DNA of 37,504 nt, from contig JBQTGV010000047.1 of assembly GCA_052390515.1 (NCBI GenBank), forward strand, positions 1 through 37,504. The letters are read 5' to 3'. Position numbers and translations under genes: made by a program. Below are positions 1 to 8,074 of the stretch, piece by piece. How positions within the stretch are numbered: the stretch's first letter is position 1; every line of letters begins with the position of its first letter. The stretch comes from Candidatus Eiseniibacteriota bacterium (lineage in GTDB: Bacteria > ARS69). Below the pieces are notes generated by a model. It ran no database searches and was not told where the DNA came from. It saw only the letters and a list, made by a program, of their open reading frames with translations.

Positions 1-184
1 TCGCCCCCGACAGGTCCGCCCCCGACAGGTTCGCCCGCGACAGGTTCGCCCCCGACAGGTTCGCCCCCGACAGGTTCGCCCCCGACAGGTTCGCCCCCGA
101 CAGGTCCGCCCCCGACAGGTTCGCCCGCGACAGGTTCGCCCCCGACAGGTTCGCCCCCGACAGGTTCGCCCCCGACAGGTTCGC
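1..184. repeat. 15-bp coding tandem repeat (TCGCCCCCGACAGGT) x12 with an exact 90-bp higher-order duplication
   Basis: Read directly; 1-90 is identical to 91-180 including variant units. Encodes [15 protein letters not shown] on the minus strand. Confidence 0.95.
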
Positions 185-265
185 CCGCTCGCCGCCCCCT
201 CCGTCCAGCCACTTCTTGTGAGCGGCGAGGATGGTGGCCAGTTCTTCCTTCGTGTATCGCTTCAT
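1..265 (-). CDS. Pentapeptide-repeat protein, N-terminal part (runs off the window start and continues at 37504)
   Basis: ATG at 265 overlaps the upstream stop (ATGA). It reads [27 protein letters not shown] followed by A(N/D)LS(G/R) repeats with no stop before position 1. Not in the ORF track because it is truncated. Confidence 0.9.
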   Translation of the reverse strand, partial: MKRYTKEELATILAAHKKWLDGGGGERANLSGANLSGANLSGANLSRANLSGADLSGANLSGANLSGANLSGANLSRANLSGADLSGA

Positions 266-522
266 CGGTCCTCCCCGAGTCCTGCCCTGCACAGCGGGCA
301 GCGGTTGTTCTGTGGCGTGGCATCCATCGGAGCGCCGCATCCGTGGCACTCCGTATCTGGGTCCGGCTCCGTGAGCCTGACGCACGCGAGTGCGCCGTGT
401 AGCACATGGCCGGTGCGGTGCTCCGGCATGTAGTCGAGCAGCACGGCGGAGCAGGCGCACGGGTCGCCGGGCTGCCATTCGTGGGAGCGCGGGCGCGTTG
501 CGATAGTGGCGGGGGCGCTCAT
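262..522 (-). CDS. Small Cys-rich (Zn-finger-like) hypothetical protein
   Basis: Start MSAPATIA with AAGGGGG SD and ATGA coupling; CxC, CHGC and CPLC motifs. Confidence 0.65.
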   Translation of the reverse strand: MSAPATIATRPRSHEWQPGDPCACSAVLLDYMPEHRTGHVLHGALACVRLTEPDPDTECHGCGAPMDATPQNNRCPLCRAGLGEDR

Positions 523-665
523 CGCGGCCCCCTTGTCAGGACTAGCGACCACGCCCCGACCCGCAGCACGGCCACCCACTGACGCCCGCGCACGTTGACC
601 GCGTGCGGCAGGATGCGAGCCTCGACCCCGAACGGGCCAACGTACCGCTGCACTAGCAGGCTCAC
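519..665 (-). CDS. Hypothetical protein, 48 aa ([48 protein letters not shown])
   Basis: GTGA and ATGA overlaps with both neighbours; fills the gap exactly. Confidence 0.55.
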   Translation of the reverse strand: MSLLVQRYVGPFGVEARILPHAVNVRGRQWVAVLRVGAWSLVLTRGPR

Positions 666-955
666 GACGCGCCCCCTTCCGCCTTGTCGATCGCGGCGCG
701 GGCGCGGTGGATGACGGAGCTTACCGCCGTGGGGCGTGCGCCTTCTCCGTTGTCGTATGCCGCCTCCAAGTCGTCCACCGTCTCCCGCAGGGCCGCGAGC
801 AGTTCCGGCGCGGCGGCGATCATCAACCCGCGAGGATCGTCAAGCGGCCAGTGGGAAGGCAGTTCGGCGACCAGGCTACCGGCTCCGTCCCGGATTGTGT
901 TTGCGAGGCCGGGCCGAACGCTCCAGCCCGGCGTGTGCTTCACGTTCGATTCCAT
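662..955 (-). CDS. Conserved phage early hypothetical protein
   Basis: GGAGG SD before MESNVKHTPGW; typical phage motif ..LMIAAAPELLAAL..ARAAIDKAEG. Confidence 0.8.
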   Translation of the reverse strand: MESNVKHTPGWSVRPGLANTIRDGAGSLVAELPSHWPLDDPRGLMIAAAPELLAALRETVDDLEAAYDNGEGARPTAVSSVIHRARAAIDKAEGGAS

Positions 956-1074
956 CGTCGTATCCTCCGAGAGTAAGGCCCGGCCGGGGGCGTGGGAAGT
1001 GTGTCCACGGGGACCCCGCTTGCGTCGCTCGGTCGAACCGGGCCGTTGTACGTTGCTCCGAGACTGCGGTGGGA

Positions 1075-1473
1075 CTACGACGGGACGCCGGTCAGGCGCG
1101 TGAGGGTCTGCTTGATCCTCATGGCGCGGTGGTAGGCGTCGCTGAAGGCGCTGGTGCCGTACTGGAGCGACCACATGGAGCGGACGACGTCGGCCAGTTC
1201 CTGCCGCAGGTCGTCGACGCGGCTCGCGCCCGGCTCGCAGGTCGAGCAGCGACCGGACGCGGTCGGCTGCTTCAGGCCCATGCCGCAGTCGCGGCACGAG
1301 TCGGGGTCGGGCCCGTCGAGCATGAAGTCGGGCGCGGTGGCGACCATGCCGCTGCAGCGAATGCAGTTCATCGCGACCTCGATGTCGTAGACCGGGGCGC
1401 CGGTGGCGGTCGGGTTGCAGCGGGTGCAGACGATTCCGTCTGCCGTGTCGTGTGCGCTGGCGAGGATGCTCAT
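1075..1473 (-). CDS. Multi-CxxC (Zn-binding) hypothetical protein, first gene of the leftward operon
   Basis: GGGAGGTG SD before ATG 1473; four CxxC pairs (CTRC, CIRC, CRDC, CSTC). Confidence 0.75.
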   Translation of the reverse strand: MSILASAHDTADGIVCTRCNPTATGAPVYDIEVAMNCIRCSGMVATAPDFMLDGPDPDSCRDCGMGLKQPTASGRCSTCEPGASRVDDLRQELADVVRSMWSLQYGTSAFSDAYHRAMRIKQTLTRLTGVPS

Positions 1474-1518
1474 GTTCACCTCCCGAGTTGTCGCGGCCTG
1501 AGTGCCGCCGACACCCCT

Positions 1519-1547
1519 AGTATCGGCCATGCCGGGCCGCCACGCAA
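1519..1547 (-). promoter_or_regulatory. Putative sigma70-type leftward (early) promoter
   Basis: TTGCGT-17 bp-GATACT on the minus strand, preceded by an A/T tract, ~45 nt upstream of the 1473 start. Confidence 0.55.
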
Positions 1548-1588
1548 GGGAAAAATGAGGGCCCCGTGACGATTTTTTGGGCCTGCCG

Positions 1589-1750
1589 TTAGCCCTTGCG
1601 GGCCTTCGACTTACGCCACCGGGCCCGGGCGGCCTTGCGGGCTGCGCGGGAACGCTGGGCCTTGTTGAGCGACTTGGCCCTTGCGTGACCGCCCAGTCTG
1701 CCCAGCCGGGACAGGTAGGCGCTGATGAGGGTCTGATGGTCGAGGTTCAT
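1589..1750 (-). CDS. Small basic putative DNA-binding regulator, 53 aa, probably leaderless
   Basis: MNLDHQTLISAYLSRLGRLGGHARAKSLNKAQRSRAARKAARARWRKSKARKG; GGxARAxxL..RxxAARKAAxARW motif of small phage basic proteins; ATG lies 6 nt after a -10 box. Confidence 0.7.
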   Translation of the reverse strand: MNLDHQTLISAYLSRLGRLGGHARAKSLNKAQRSRAARKAARARWRKSKARKG

Positions 1751-1756
1751 GGGACC

Positions 1757-1785
1757 ATGCTGGCACACCGCTGCCTGCCAGTCAA
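1757..1785 (-). promoter_or_regulatory. Putative promoter for the 53-aa regulator
   Basis: TTGACT-17 bp-CAGCAT; predicted start site coincides with ATG 1750. Confidence 0.55.
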
Positions 1786-1793
1786 GAAACCTC

Positions 1794-1824
1794 TTGACAG
1801 GGGTCCGGTCGCGCAGCGTATCGT
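1794..1824 (+). promoter_or_regulatory. Putative rightward promoter, back-to-back with the leftward one
   Basis: TTGACA (1794-1799) and TATCGT (1819-1824); the 19-bp spacer is long. The two -35 boxes form the GTCAAG-N6-CTTGAC inverted repeat. Confidence 0.45.
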
Positions 1825-1941
1825 GCGCTCGTCGGAGACTACATGGACGCGGCGGTGTCGGCTGGTTTCCGACAGCCTCACGGCGCATCCGCGCCGGGTG
1901 GGCAGTCGAGCCGCCGCGTCCACTACCCCACGGAGGGAACG

Positions 1942-2739
1942 ATGGCTGCGAGTGACCGGATGCCGCGACGTCACGACTTCTTCTTCAGTCCGAGGGACTA
2001 CCTGAACGACCCTGCGGTGCTCTCCATGTCGCTCCTGGCGAGGGGCGCCTACTCGACTCTCCTGTTCGCTCTCTGGGATCTCCCGGAGCCGGGCGTGGCG
2101 CCGGCCAGCCCTCGAGCGTTGATGTCGCTGGCCCGTGCGACCCCTGAGGAGTGGGGTCAGGTCGAAGGGGAGGTCAAGGGGGCCTTCGACACCCTCTCGA
2201 GGGAGGGTTGCTGGGTCCAGCGCCGCATGGTGAGAGAGCACGCGAGGCAGGTGAAGTACTTCGAAGACGCGAAGAAACTGGGAAGGGCCGGCGGCCGCAA
2301 GTCCGCAGAACTACGCACTGTAGCGACCCACCCTCAAGGCCCCCTCAAGGGCCCCTCCAAGGCCCCCCCCAAGGGTGCCTCAACCGCCTCACTAGCCTCT
2401 CTAGCCTCTCAAGCAGAAAAGAAGACCCCCCCTACCCCCCCAGCGACCCTCCCCGGATGGCTCGAACCGGCAGTCTGGAACGACTGGGATGCCTTCCGAA
2501 GATCCATCGCATCGAAAGCACCCTGGACCCCCAAGGCCCGCCAACTCTCCATCGCCCGACTCGACGAACTCCGCGCCGCTGGTCACCAGCCCCGTGCCGT
2601 CGTCGACCAGTCCATCCTCAACGGATGGCGCGGCCTGTTCGAAGTCAAACCTGGCTCCACCGCTTCCCACCAGCCCAACTCCGAACGCGCAGACCGACTC
2701 GCTCGCATCCGCAAGAACCTCGAGGAGAACCCGTCATGA
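1942..2739 (+). CDS. Phage replication initiator (YdaU/DUF1376-like N-terminus, O-protein-like C-terminus)
   Basis: FFFSPRDYLND..MSLLARGAYSTLL N-terminus, low-complexity linker with iterons, C-terminal LPGWL..W.DW..FR..K....VDQSILNGWRGLF; GGAGG SD. Confidence 0.8.
   Translation: MAASDRMPRRHDFFFSPRDYLNDPAVLSMSLLARGAYSTLLFALWDLPEPGVAPASPRALMSLARATPEEWGQVEGEVKGAFDTLSREGCWVQRRMVREHARQVKYFEDAKKLGRAGGRKSAELRTVATHPQGPLKGPSKAPPKGASTASLASLASQAEKKTPPTPPATLPGWLEPAVWNDWDAFRRSIASKAPWTPKARQLSIARLDELRAAGHQPRAVVDQSILNGWRGLFEVKPGSTASHQPNSERADRLARIRKNLEENPS
2331..2450 (+). promoter_or_regulatory. Putative replication origin (iterons) inside the initiator gene
   Basis: Four ~11-13 bp direct repeats of consensus CCCCTCAAGG, then CTAGCCTCT x2 and a purine tract; lambda-ori-like position in the initiator linker. 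Confidence 0.55.
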
Positions 2740-3080
2740 ACGACTCACGCTCCCACGAACACGACGAGATCGTCCGCGACTTCTGGGCCGTCTACATCGG
2801 CTCCACCGTCGAATCCGACGGAACCGTCACCCGCTTCCGCGAGTTCTGGGACCGCATGACCCCAGAGTCTCAGGCCGCCGCCGACCGCTTCGCATACTGG
2901 ACTGCCGTCAAGTGCATCCGCGACGGTCGCTCGCGCGATGAGTGCGTCACCGCCGGCATCCGCGCCCTCCGCGAACACCTGCGCCTCATGCAGCCCCCCA
3001 ACGACGTCCGACCGTCCGTCCCCGCCGTGCGTGCCCTCGTCAAGACCATCATCGCAGGCCTCGACGGAGGTGCCCGATGA
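2736..3080 (+). CDS. Hypothetical protein after the initiator (replication-accessory position)
   Basis: ATGA coupling and GAGGAG SD; MNDSRSHEHDEIVRDFW... Confidence 0.7.
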   Translation: MNDSRSHEHDEIVRDFWAVYIGSTVESDGTVTRFREFWDRMTPESQAAADRFAYWTAVKCIRDGRSRDECVTAGIRALREHLRLMQPPNDVRPSVPAVRALVKTIIAGLDGGAR

Positions 3081-3190
3081 ACGACCCCGACCGCCGCATC
3101 CGAACCGTGACGTGGAGTCTGGCGCTGGCGTTCTGCGTGGCGTGCTGGGCGTTCGGCTTCGCCGGGGCGCTGTGGTGGGTCAAGCGATGA
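3077..3190 (+). CDS. Small membrane protein, 37 aa
   Basis: ATGA-coupled at both ends, GGAGG SD, one hydrophobic segment. Confidence 0.6.
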   Translation: MNDPDRRIRTVTWSLALAFCVACWAFGFAGALWWVKR

Positions 3191-3555
3191 CCACCATCGA
3201 CCAGCTCTGCCAACTCCACGAACGTCTCGTCCTCGACTCCCTCGAGCCCTTCGTCAACGTCGACCGCTGGCCCATCGACCTCTCGCCCGCAGGCATCGCG
3301 TGGCTCGCTGACCACAAGGTCTACCTCGCAACCTGGCGCCAACTCGAGCGTGCCGGGTCCGACCCAGAACGCATCCTCCGCGAACGATTCGGCTTCGTCT
3401 CCAAGGACGACATGTTCGACGAGGGCGACCCACGCACCGCCTCCGCTCGCGCCCAGACCGCACGCGTCCGCAAGGCCCTCGAGGCCGACCCCACCATCCG
3501 CACCGGACCACCACCCAAGCGCCGATTCGCGTGGCAGACCAAGGCCGTGAGGTAG
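3187..3555 (+). CDS. Hypothetical protein
   Basis: ATGA coupling; MTTIDQLCQLHERLV...; high GC3 in this frame. Confidence 0.7.
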   Translation: MTTIDQLCQLHERLVLDSLEPFVNVDRWPIDLSPAGIAWLADHKVYLATWRQLERAGSDPERILRERFGFVSKDDMFDEGDPRTASARAQTARVRKALEADPTIRTGPPPKRRFAWQTKAVR

Positions 3556-3567
3556 AATCAGAACCCT

Positions 3568-4152
3568 ATGGGTATGACCTGCTCCGTCTGCTCCCACGAG
3601 AAGTTCGCCGAGATCGATGCCGCGCTCGTCTCAGGCGAGAAGCCGTGGTCTATTGCGGCCCGCTTCCAACTCAGCCGCTCCAGCGTCCAGCGCCACCGCA
3701 AGTGCATCTCCGCTGCCCTCCAGCGCAAGGCCGACATGCCGGCGCTCACCGCTCGAGGCGTCATCGAGAAACTCGTCCGCAAGCTCGAGCGGCTCGCCGA
3801 CGACTGCGAGACGGAGCGCGACCGCGAGATGTTCCTCCGCACGTCCGACCGACTCACGCGTGCCGCTGAGACGTTCGGCAAGCTCAACGGCGAGATCCAA
3901 GCGGCGAGCGTGCAGGCGTTCCTCGCCGCCCTGGGCGTGCAGACCGAGGCGGAAGTGCGCGAGGCGCTCCACCTCAAGCGGTCGGCCGCACAGCCATCGC
4001 TCGAGGAATGCCGCGAGGAGGCGGTCGCACTGCTCCGCATGGTGATGGCCGAGCGCCCGGAGTGGCGTGCTGGCATCATGGCCCAGCTCGAGTCGGTCGC
4101 GGTCGTGCTCGAGCCGGTTGACAGCGCCTCTCGTTCGGTGGCAGCCTCGTAG
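3568..4152 (+). CDS. terS: Probable terminase small subunit (Zn-finger/HTH N-terminus, helical C-terminus)
   Basis: CSVCSH..EIDAALVSGE....IAARFQLSRSSVQRHRKC HTH/Zn pattern; upstream of TerL. Confidence 0.6.
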   Translation: MGMTCSVCSHEKFAEIDAALVSGEKPWSIAARFQLSRSSVQRHRKCISAALQRKADMPALTARGVIEKLVRKLERLADDCETERDREMFLRTSDRLTRAAETFGKLNGEIQAASVQAFLAALGVQTEAEVREALHLKRSAAQPSLEECREEAVALLRMVMAERPEWRAGIMAQLESVAVVLEPVDSASRSVAAS

Positions 4153-4154
4153 TC

Positions 4155-4298
4155 ATGGAGACTGGTCACTGGGTGGGCGCCGCGCTGGTGCTGCTCGTGC
4201 TCGCGCTGATCTGGGCGATGGTGGCCCGGCCGCCGAGATCCAACCCCAAGCCCAAGCCGGGCCCACCCGAACATCGTCGCCGCAGGGGGCGCACATGA
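4155..4298 (+). CDS. Small membrane protein, 47 aa
   Basis: METGHWVGAALVLLVLALIWAMVARPP...; one TM segment, basic tail, ATGA coupling to the next gene. Confidence 0.6.
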   Translation: METGHWVGAALVLLVLALIWAMVARPPRSNPKPKPGPPEHRRRRGRT

Positions 4299-4657
4299 AC
4301 TGGTTCGCGCAGTCTCCTCCGCCCGCACCGCCGGCGCCGCCCGAGTTCGGACGCTGCCCTGAGTGCCACGGCCTCGAGGTCGCTCGTGTCTGCACGCTCG
4401 TCGGCTGGCGCATCGCCGCAGGCCGTGTCACCGTCGAGGAGGTCGGCGCACGGTTCTCCTGCCAGCGATGCCCGTGCATCTTCAGCGTCGGCCCGCACGG
4501 TGTCTTCCGGCACGACCCTCGAGCACTCCCCTTCTCGCCCCAGATCCCGGCGCCGTCGCAGGCCTCGAGCAACGGGCCCGCGCCGGCCGCCGAACAGGTC
4601 GCCGTCCCGCCCCGCGCCGCGCCGCCCCCCGTGCCGCGCTCGAGGCCCCGCCCGTGA
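4295..4657 (+). CDS. Zn-ribbon, Pro-rich hypothetical protein
   Basis: MNWFAQSPPP...; CPEC and CQRC pairs; coupled at both ends. Confidence 0.65.
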   Translation: MNWFAQSPPPAPPAPPEFGRCPECHGLEVARVCTLVGWRIAAGRVTVEEVGARFSCQRCPCIFSVGPHGVFRHDPRALPFSPQIPAPSQASSNGPAPAAEQVAVPPRAAPPPVPRSRPRP

Positions 4658-4764
4658 ACCGCCGCGTCACCAAGTTCCTGGTCGACGCCTTCGCCTCCGT
4701 CCTGCTCGGGTTCCTGCTCCTGTCGGTGGTCGCATGGGCGGTTGGCCAGTGGTTGTTCCGATGA
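4654..4764 (+). CDS. Small membrane protein, 36 aa
   Basis: GTGA/ATGA coupling; single TM segment FASVLLGFLLLSVVAWAVGQWLF. Confidence 0.55.
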   Translation: MNRRVTKFLVDAFASVLLGFLLLSVVAWAVGQWLFR

Positions 4765-4994
4765 AGCGCCGGCCCACGCTCGGCTACCTCGAGGGGAGGA
4801 ACGGGGCCCGCATCAGCATCACCCAGCCGGCGGTCGCGGAGCGCCTCGACGAACTGCAGGCCGCGCTCCGGCAATCGCACGAGTCACGCGTGCGTCTCTC
4901 CACTGAGCTCGACGACCGCACCCGGCGCCTCATGAAGCTCCAGAACCACTGGTGGACGCGGCTCGGCGAGGCCCTGAGAATCGTCCGCCCGTGA
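4761..4994 (+). CDS. Small coiled-coil hypothetical protein
   Basis: ATGA coupling; heptad-like ERLDELQAALRQSHESRVRLSTELDDRTRRLMKL. Confidence 0.6.
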   Translation: MKRRPTLGYLEGRNGARISITQPAVAERLDELQAALRQSHESRVRLSTELDDRTRRLMKLQNHWWTRLGEALRIVRP

Positions 4995-7693
4995 CCGTCG
5001 CCATGGGCGAGCGGTATGTCCGCGTGCGGCTCGGCAACATGCTGCGCGATGAGGATCCGCTCCGCTTCTGGCACCACTCGAGCGACCAGTCCCGCGAGGC
5101 CACGAGCCTGCTGACCGAGGTCGACGAGGTCTACGCTCGAGCGGCGAACAAGGGGGGCAAGGCCCAGCCGGTGGACGAGCCGGTCCTGACCCCGACGGGC
5201 TGGCGCAGCATCGGTGACCTGCGCGAGGGCGATGCCGTGTTCGCCGGGGATGGAACGGAGTCCACCGTTCTCGGCGTGTTCAGGCAGGGAGTCCGCCCGG
5301 TCTACCGGGTCGAGTTCGAAGACGGCTCCACGCGTTGCTGCGGCGAGCATCTATGGCGCGTCATGGTCCCTGCGCGGCGGTGGCGAGGGAGGCGCGAGTG
5401 GGAGGTGAGGAGCCTCGACTCCATCGTGGCGGAGTTCGGTGCGAGCCCGAAGCCGACGCGGCGCTGTATCGTACCGACCACGCAGCCGCCTCTGTTCCCG
5501 GAGCGCAGTCTACCTCTCGACCCCTACCTGCTCGGCGTGCTGCTCGGCGACGGGTGTCTGTGTCAGGGCAGTCCAGTCATCACCTCGAACGACCCGGAGA
5601 TCATCGCCGGGCTGGTGTTGCCCGAGGGGGCATCGGTGACGAAGTGCAAGACCGGGGAGCGGGCCGGCGCCTATCTGCTGGCAGGCGGTGGGCAGAGGAA
5701 TCCCGTCAACACAGCGCTGCGCGATCTCGGGCTGTTCGGGCGGCGCTCGCACGACAAGTTCATCCCGGACGCATACCGATTCAGCCCGCCAGAGGCCCGG
5801 CTCGCCCTGCTACAGGGACTCATGGACACGGACGGGAGCGCCTGTCCGGGGAAAAGCCGCGCCGAGTTCTCCAGCACTTCGGACGCTCTGGCCGAGGCCG
5901 TGGTGTTCCTCGTCCGCTCACTCGGCGGGAAGGCTCGCATGGTGCGCCGTCAAACCTACGCGCAGAACGGGCGCGGGGCGCCGAGTTGGCGCGTCGCCAT
6001 GACGCTGCCGGGCATGTCGCCGTTCCGTCTGCGGCGAAAGGCCGCGCTCGTCCGCACGATGACGCGCTCGCCGCACCGCGTGCTGCGCCGGGTGGTGCCG
6101 GACGGTGAGGCCGAGTGCGTCTGTATCGCCGTCGCGCATCCCGAGCAGACCTACATCACGCGCGACTTCATCGTCACGCACAACACCGAGTGGGAGTACG
6201 CGGTCGGGCTCGCGATGCTCCAGAAGCGTCCCGAGCTTGACGGCGTCCCGCTCCCGCAGTGGCGCGGCAGGGTCGAGGGCGTGAGCCTCGAGATCGACCA
6301 CGAGCAGCAGAAACTCTCGAGCCAGCAGACCATCCTGCGCCTGCTCGGTCACTGGCCGCACCATGCGAGCTGGAAGGGGAACGGCGTGCTGGCATCGCTC
6401 CGCATCCAGCCGCTGGGCGGCTCGAGCGACCAGTCGCAGTGGTCGACCCTCACGTTCATGTCGCAGGAGAACCGGCGCACCGGCACCGGCATCCGCGCCG
6501 ACCTGGTGCTGGCGAACGAGCCACCCCGCGAGGACATCTTCCGCGAGGTCCGCAAGGCCGCGCACGCCGGGCGCCGCATCGTGCGCATCATCGGGGCGAC
6601 ACCCATCCATCGGCGCCAGTGGCAGTGGGTCAAGGACGACTACGGCGATTGCCCGCGCGACAGCATCCGGCGGCAGCAGAACCGGGCCGAGGTTCGATGG
6701 TCGATTCACCATAACCGCGCCCTCTCCAAGGCCGAGGTCAAGGCGCTGCTGGCGGAATACTGGGGCCCGCCCGAGCGGAAGACGCCGGCCGACCCGCTGT
6801 ACGACGCGCGAGTGTTCGGCGACTACATCGACACGTCGGGCCTGTGCCCGTTCGATATCGTGGCGCTCAACCGGATGCTCGAGGAGTGCCTCGAGCCGGA
6901 GACGGAGGAGTGGAACATCACGCGCGAGGTCGATGCCGAGGACGGCCGCGTGCGGGTGGCGGCCCGGGTGCCCGTGCAGGTCCTGAAGCGCCCCGAGGTG
7001 GGAAAGTCGTACTACCTGAACATCGACCCGTCGAAGGGCATCAACGACCGCTCGCACGACCCGGGCGGCATCCTGGTGAGCGAGATGGGGACCGGCGAGG
7101 ACGTGGCGCTCTACGAGGGCTACATCGGGAGCTACGGTCTGGGCATCCTCGCGGCCGGCCTCGCGCGGCAGTACAACAACGCGCTGGTGGACCCGGAGAG
7201 CAACAGCGGCTGGAGCGAGGGCGTCATGCGTGCGCTCGGTGACTCGGGCTACGGGAACATCTCCAAGACCCGGCGCATAGGGACCGAGGGGAAGTGGGAG
7301 ACGCGCTGGGGGTTCGAGACCACGAACCAGACGCGCCCGGCGATGATCGAGGCGGTACAGGACTGGGTCGCGGCGTACGGGGTCGGCGTGCGGTACGCGC
7401 CGTGCCGGTTCCGGCGGGTCATCGAGACGCTGCTGGATGTCATCCTCGACGAGGACGGGAAGCCGGTGGCGGCGCCGGGATTCCACGACGAGTTCATGAT
7501 CCTGAAGGGCCAGTCGCTGCGGAAGACCCGCCCCCGGAAGCCGGATGCGAACCTCTCGCGGCCGCACCGGGTGGCGCCTCCGGCGACCGGCGAGTTGACG
7601 GTGGACGACCTGCTCCGGGAGGGACTGCAGGGGCAGGCGCCGCGCATCGGTGGCGGGACCATCAGCCGGCCGCGTTCGAGGCCGCGCGGATGA
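4991..7693 (+). CDS. terL: Terminase large subunit, intein-containing
   Basis: Walker A RAANKGGK|T split by the intein, Walker B-like DLVLANEPP, coupling motif IIGATP, RNase H-like nuclease YYLNIDPSKG...ESN...HDE; start GTG 4991 (GTGA overlap) or ATG 5003. Confidence 0.9.
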   Translation: MTVAMGERYVRVRLGNMLRDEDPLRFWHHSSDQSREATSLLTEVDEVYARAANKGGKAQPVDEPVLTPTGWRSIGDLREGDAVFAGDGTESTVLGVFRQGVRPVYRVEFEDGSTRCCGEHLWRVMVPARRWRGRREWEVRSLDSIVAEFGASPKPTRRCIVPTTQPPLFPERSLPLDPYLLGVLLGDGCLCQGSPVITSNDPEIIAGLVLPEGASVTKCKTGERAGAYLLAGGGQRNPVNTALRDLGLFGRRSHDKFIPDAYRFSPPEARLALLQGLMDTDGSACPGKSRAEFSSTSDALAEAVVFLVRSLGGKARMVRRQTYAQNGRGAPSWRVAMTLPGMSPFRLRRKAALVRTMTRSPHRVLRRVVPDGEAECVCIAVAHPEQTYITRDFIVTHNTEWEYAVGLAMLQKRPELDGVPLPQWRGRVEGVSLEIDHEQQKLSSQQTILRLLGHWPHHASWKGNGVLASLRIQPLGGSSDQSQWSTLTFMSQENRRTGTGIRADLVLANEPPREDIFREVRKAAHAGRRIVRIIGATPIHRRQWQWVKDDYGDCPRDSIRRQQNRAEVRWSIHHNRALSKAEVKALLAEYWGPPERKTPADPLYDARVFGDYIDTSGLCPFDIVALNRMLEECLEPETEEWNITREVDAEDGRVRVAARVPVQVLKRPEVGKSYYLNIDPSKGINDRSHDPGGILVSEMGTGEDVALYEGYIGSYGLGILAAGLARQYNNALVDPESNSGWSEGVMRALGDSGYGNISKTRRIGTEGKWETRWGFETTNQTRPAMIEAVQDWVAAYGVGVRYAPCRFRRVIETLLDVILDEDGKPVAAPGFHDEFMILKGQSLRKTRPRKPDANLSRPHRVAPPATGELTVDDLLREGLQGQAPRIGGGTISRPRSRPRG
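5162..6184 (+). mobile_element. Intein, 341 aa, class 3 (Ala1, WCT triplet) with LAGLIDADG homing endonuclease
   Basis: Starts AQPVDEPVLTPTGW; block B CGEHLW; two LAGLIDADG motifs (YLLGVLLGDG, LLQGLMDTDG); block F ECVCIAV; ends IVTHN followed by Thr. Confidence 0.9.
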
Positions 7694-8037
7694 AGCGCGC
7701 CAAGGTCTGGCAGGACCTGGAACTGGTCGAGGTGGTGTGGGAGGACGCCGCCGCCGACCTGACGCACGAGGGCACCCTGAAAGACTCCGAAACCGCGAAG
7801 ACATTCGGCGGGATGGTGGTTTGCCGCGACATCGGCTACCTGATTCGGAAGAACCGAAAGGAGGTCGTACTGGCATGCGGCCTGATGTGCGAGGACAACG
7901 CGTACCGTCACAGCAACACGATACCGGCGGGCTGGGTGCGGGAGATCGTGCCGCTGACGAGAGCGACCCCGAAGCCGCCGCCCGCTGGGTCGCCTACCGC
8001 CGCATCGAAGCGCGCGAGCGGTACCGAAGGCGGCTAG
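7690..8037 (+). CDS. Conserved phage hypothetical protein
   Basis: ATGA coupling; motif LVEVVWEDA...IGYL...TIPAGWVREI seen in small phage proteins near terminases. Confidence 0.7.
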   Translation: MKRAKVWQDLELVEVVWEDAAADLTHEGTLKDSETAKTFGGMVVCRDIGYLIRKNRKEVVLACGLMCEDNAYRHSNTIPAGWVREIVPLTRATPKPPPAGSPTAASKRASGTEGG

Positions 8038-8074
8038 CCATGTGCGCGATGGCGCTGGGCATCGGACGGCAGCG

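Noticed and set aside
1-184. CRISPR array or terminal repeat
   Set aside because: Units are contiguous 15-mers with no spacers and translate in frame as pentapeptide repeats; no cas genes
977-1044. tRNA gene
   Set aside because: Has a 7-bp closing stem but no correctly placed D-arm, anticodon arm or T-loop; no tRNA found elsewhere either
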